NCBI GenBank assembly: GCA_016296285.1
Contig: JAEDJP010000001.1
Span: 1-52,332 of the forward strand
Direction of reading: 5' to 3'
Origin: Bacilli bacterium
GTDB taxonomy: Bacteria; Bacillota_I; Bacilli_A; RFN20; CAG-826
DNA: 52,332 nucleotides
Positions 50,126 to 52,332 of this stretch are shown piece by piece. The position numbers were made by a program, and so were the translations under genes. A model generated the notes under the pieces. It had not been told where the DNA came from. It made no database searches and was given only the letters and a program-made list of their open reading frames with translations. Positions within the stretch are counted from its first letter, which is position 1. Each line of letters opens with the position of its first letter.

Positions 50126-51388
50126 TTACTTTTTGGACTGCTCCGTATCCGGGATGAGACCAATCGATTTTTCATCCATCACCTTTGTTTTAAAAGACAT
50201 TTCAAGCAAGGTCTGCGCTTGAGCGGTAAATAGGGTGGAAATGGAGTTGATGACAGTCAGGATGAATGCGCCGATCAAGATGACGGCAAGGGAGACGTTT
50301 CCGATAAAGGGAAGCATCATTCCATCGAACACCCCATTGAAAGGAGGCATCATGTAGGCAACCGTGATTCCGGCAAGATAGGGGATGAACAGAAGGAGAG
50401 AATGGACGAAGGTAAGATACCATTTTGGCTCTTCGTCTTCGGTGGTGATGACGCCAAGTCCGAGGATGAGCTTACCGAGAGTTCTTTCATTGCGGAAGAG
50501 GAACTTCGGAAGAAGATTCAGAAATAGATAGGAGAGGAAAAAGGAAAGAATCAAGGCGATGTTAAGACATTTGGCTTGAGCCCCGATAGCCTCACGATAC
50601 GCAAGATAATGGGTGGAGTAGTAGGGTTCGTTCTGGATCAGGGAGTTTTCGGCATCGGTCAGCATCGTGGAATAGGCGTTGTAGAAATTGTTGAAGTAAG
50701 CCTTGCCGGTTTCATAGATAGCGTTCATCTCTTCGGCCGTGTTATCGGTCATATAGCAGAAGAGTGCTCTAGAAACATCGGTATGAAGGGCAGGGAGCTC
50801 GGTGGGATGACCGTTTTCGTCCATCAAAACCGCATCGAAGCGGAACATACCCGCGGGGAAGGAAGACTGGTAGAGAGAATTGACATAAGCGAGGGGCGTC
50901 GAGGTAAAACTGAGAATGGGAGTGCCGGAAACTTCGGCTTCCTGAGGAACGTAGACGGTGTAGAAGTGAGCGATCGAGTCGTTTTCCGGAGAAGCCTTTC
51001 CATATCTTGTCGTTTCACTGCCGTCTTCGATGACAAAGTCAGGATACTGGGCGTTACCGAACTTCTCATAGGACCATAGGATGGCTCTGTTGATGTTTTC
51101 GATAACGATGATTTCATCGGACTTTCTGGTGGTTTTCTCTTCATCGACGAAGGAAACCAATCCGGAAGCTTCCGCATAATGGTTGTAATAGACAATCTCC
51201 TCTTCCACTTTGGCCGTTGCCTGCTGATAGGAGGCAGTCCCCCTGGCTATCGGAGCAGCCCCAAGGAAGAGAAGACTCGCACCAACTAAGACAATGGAAA
51301 AATCGATGAAGAAAGACGCAAAACGCTTCCCCGGCTTTACCGGGAAAGCGTTGCTGAGATCATAGGTATGTTCTTTGAATAATCCCAT
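50126..51388 (-). CDS. RDD-family polytopic membrane protein with a large loop (paralog of 7554-8933)
   Basis: KRFASFFIDFSIVLV ... RNERTLGKLILGLGVIT RDD-type pattern, with a loop of about 250 aa after TM1. Colinear similarity to 7554-8933: AHFYTVYVP versus AYFYVTYAS, LPALHTDVSRALFCYM versus LPALSMAFAHRLYRYL, and a conserved TM2 region. Confidence 0.6.
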   Translation of the reverse strand: MGLFKEHTYDLSNAFPVKPGKRFASFFIDFSIVLVGASLLFLGAAPIARGTASYQQATAKVEEEIVYYNHYAEASGLVSFVDEEKTTRKSDEIIVIENINRAILWSYEKFGNAQYPDFVIEDGSETTRYGKASPENDSIAHFYTVYVPQEAEVSGTPILSFTSTPLAYVNSLYQSSFPAGMFRFDAVLMDENGHPTELPALHTDVSRALFCYMTDNTAEEMNAIYETGKAYFNNFYNAYSTMLTDAENSLIQNEPYYSTHYLAYREAIGAQAKCLNIALILSFFLSYLFLNLLPKFLFRNERTLGKLILGLGVITTEDEEPKWYLTFVHSLLLFIPYLAGITVAYMMPPFNGVFDGMMLPFIGNVSLAVILIGAFILTVINSISTLFTAQAQTLLEMSFKTKVMDEKSIGLIPDTEQSKK

Positions 51389-51414
51389 TGAATAGCGTTC
51401 GTGTTTTTGTGGTT

Positions 51415-52332
51415 TTAGGCCGCGTCCTCAGTCCAGGTGGAGATGTAGACAGGTTCCGTGATGGCGGCGATTTCGGCATCAATAGCAGCAGCATCGGTAT
51501 TGACCTTGTAGGCGGAGAAGGTGACATCGGAGTTGAATTCGAAGAAACCGACCTGAGAAGGGACAGCCGTGTAATGATCACCATCGAGGACACCAAAGAG
51601 GTCTTCAAGGGTCGTCATGGAAGCAGCATACTGGCCATTGACGAAGAAGTGGAAGTCGAAGCCCTTACGAATCATCTTAAGGGTGATGGAATCTTCAATC
51701 TGAATGGCAGGATCAACATTGTAGAGAGCATCCTGATGTCTGGCAGTGGTATCTGGGACACCGGGGTTCCAGGCCCAATTGGCGCCGTTTTGAACTTCGC
51801 AGACACCAATCTTATCCCATTCGAGACTTTCGTGGCAGTTTTCAATGTTCAAGAAGTAATAGAGACTGTTGGACGGAGAATCCGGAGTGTGCTCAGCGGT
51901 GGAAGCGAACATACCGATCTTCGGCCAGATTTCGTGAGAAAGGGTGGAATGATAGGTCATGGTCGTTTCGACAGAGAACTCAACGGCATCAACGCCCTTG
52001 ATGAATAAATTAGCAGTCAAGGAACCAGAGGTTCTGACATAGTAATCTTCATTTTCAGGAAGTTCCTTGGTGAAGTCATCCTGAGAAGAGATGCCGGAAA
52101 GAGTGTGATCGAAGAAGGTATCCTTGACGGTGACGTGGAAGGAGCAGCTCTTGGTGGAGTCAACCTTGGAAGTAACGGTGACGGTAGCGCTGCCAACACC
52201 GACAGCCTTCATGGTCTTGTTGATAATTTGGACGACTTCCGGATGATCGGAATCATACGTGCACTGCTTATCCTTGGTCGTCAAGGAACCATTGCCTTCG
52301 ATCGTGTAGTAGTTCTGAAGCAACTGAACATC
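51415..52332 (-). CDS. 5'-truncated CDS: Big_2 Ig-like domain plus concanavalin/LamG-like domain protein
   Basis: The frame is open to the right window edge; the track M at 52323 is an internal TTG. Big_2-like segment: KAVGVGSATVTVTSKVDSTKSCSFHVTV. Lectin-like C-terminal part: KGFDFHFFVNGQYAASM, SQVGFFEFNSDVTFSAYKV. Confidence 0.5.
   Translation of the reverse strand, partial: DVQLLQNYYTIEGNGSLTTKDKQCTYDSDHPEVVQIINKTMKAVGVGSATVTVTSKVDSTKSCSFHVTVKDTFFDHTLSGISSQDDFTKELPENEDYYVRTSGSLTANLFIKGVDAVEFSVETTMTYHSTLSHEIWPKIGMFASTAEHTPDSPSNSLYYFLNIENCHESLEWDKIGVCEVQNGANWAWNPGVPDTTARHQDALYNVDPAIQIEDSITLKMIRKGFDFHFFVNGQYAASMTTLEDLFGVLDGDHYTAVPSQVGFFEFNSDVTFSAYKVNTDAAAIDAEIAAITEPVYISTWTEDAA

Noticed and set aside
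1-52332. CRISPR arrays, rRNA genes, IS elements/transposases, integrases, and prophage or conjugation genes.
   Set aside because: I looked for regularly spaced direct repeats, terminal inverted repeats flanking DDE- or recombinase-like ORFs, and 16S/23S signatures. None were found. The only repeat families are the tRNA-Leu-derived segments and the short motifs reported above.

Overview
This 52.3-kb window comes from a moderately GC-rich, Firmicutes/Mollicutes-like bacterium. The taxon guess rests on three things: the ECF-transporter/truA/rplM operon layout, exported enzymes that all carry lipoprotein signal peptides, and enlarged MalK/UgpC-type ATPases. It cannot be proven from the sequence alone.

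Layout, left to right:
(1) 18-5589: a tightly overlapping housekeeping operon (comEB, small 2-TM protein, ecfA1, ecfA2, ecfT, truA, PHP phosphatase), followed by yebC.
(2) 5.8-28.7 kb: glycan-utilisation locus A. It contains an orphan enlarged MsmX/MalK-type ATPase plus an RDD-family membrane protein, an AraC regulator, LplB/LplC-type permeases, a large solute-binding lipoprotein, two paralogous Big_2 + beta-helix lipoproteins, a multi-CBM lipoprotein, a GH127-like protein, a GH78-like protein and a bona fide GH78 rhamnosidase. An orphan AbiEi antitoxin gene and rplM-rpsI are embedded in it.
(3) 28.9-29.3 kb: a tRNA-Ile/Val/Thr cluster, then a low-GC HxlR gene and a 0.7-kb AT-rich gap. rarA, an unannotated 50-codon ORF and tRNA-Leu(UAG) follow.
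(4) 32.1-36.5 kb: three tRNA-Leu-derived segments bracket two roughly 2-kb islets. Each islet carries a paralogous AAA_14/DUF4143-type ATPase, and no recombinase gene is present.
(5) 36.5 kb to the right edge: locus B. It is visibly lower in G+C, lies entirely on the minus strand and uses different codons. It contains a decayed lipoprotein pseudogene, three GH43 genes, a SASA-type esterase lipoprotein, a 758-aa MalK-type ATPase, two permeases, a solute-binding lipoprotein, a second RDD-family protein and a 5'-truncated Big_2 protein.

The most interesting signals:
- An enlarged ATPase sits next to a large-loop RDD protein at both ABC loci.
- The tRNA-Leu repeat/islet array has no integrase.
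- A 15-nt element is shared upstream of the orphan ATPase and the ATPase-less permease operon.
- There is a composition and codon-usage break to the right of tRNA-Leu.

No CRISPR array, rRNA, transposase or integrase was seen.
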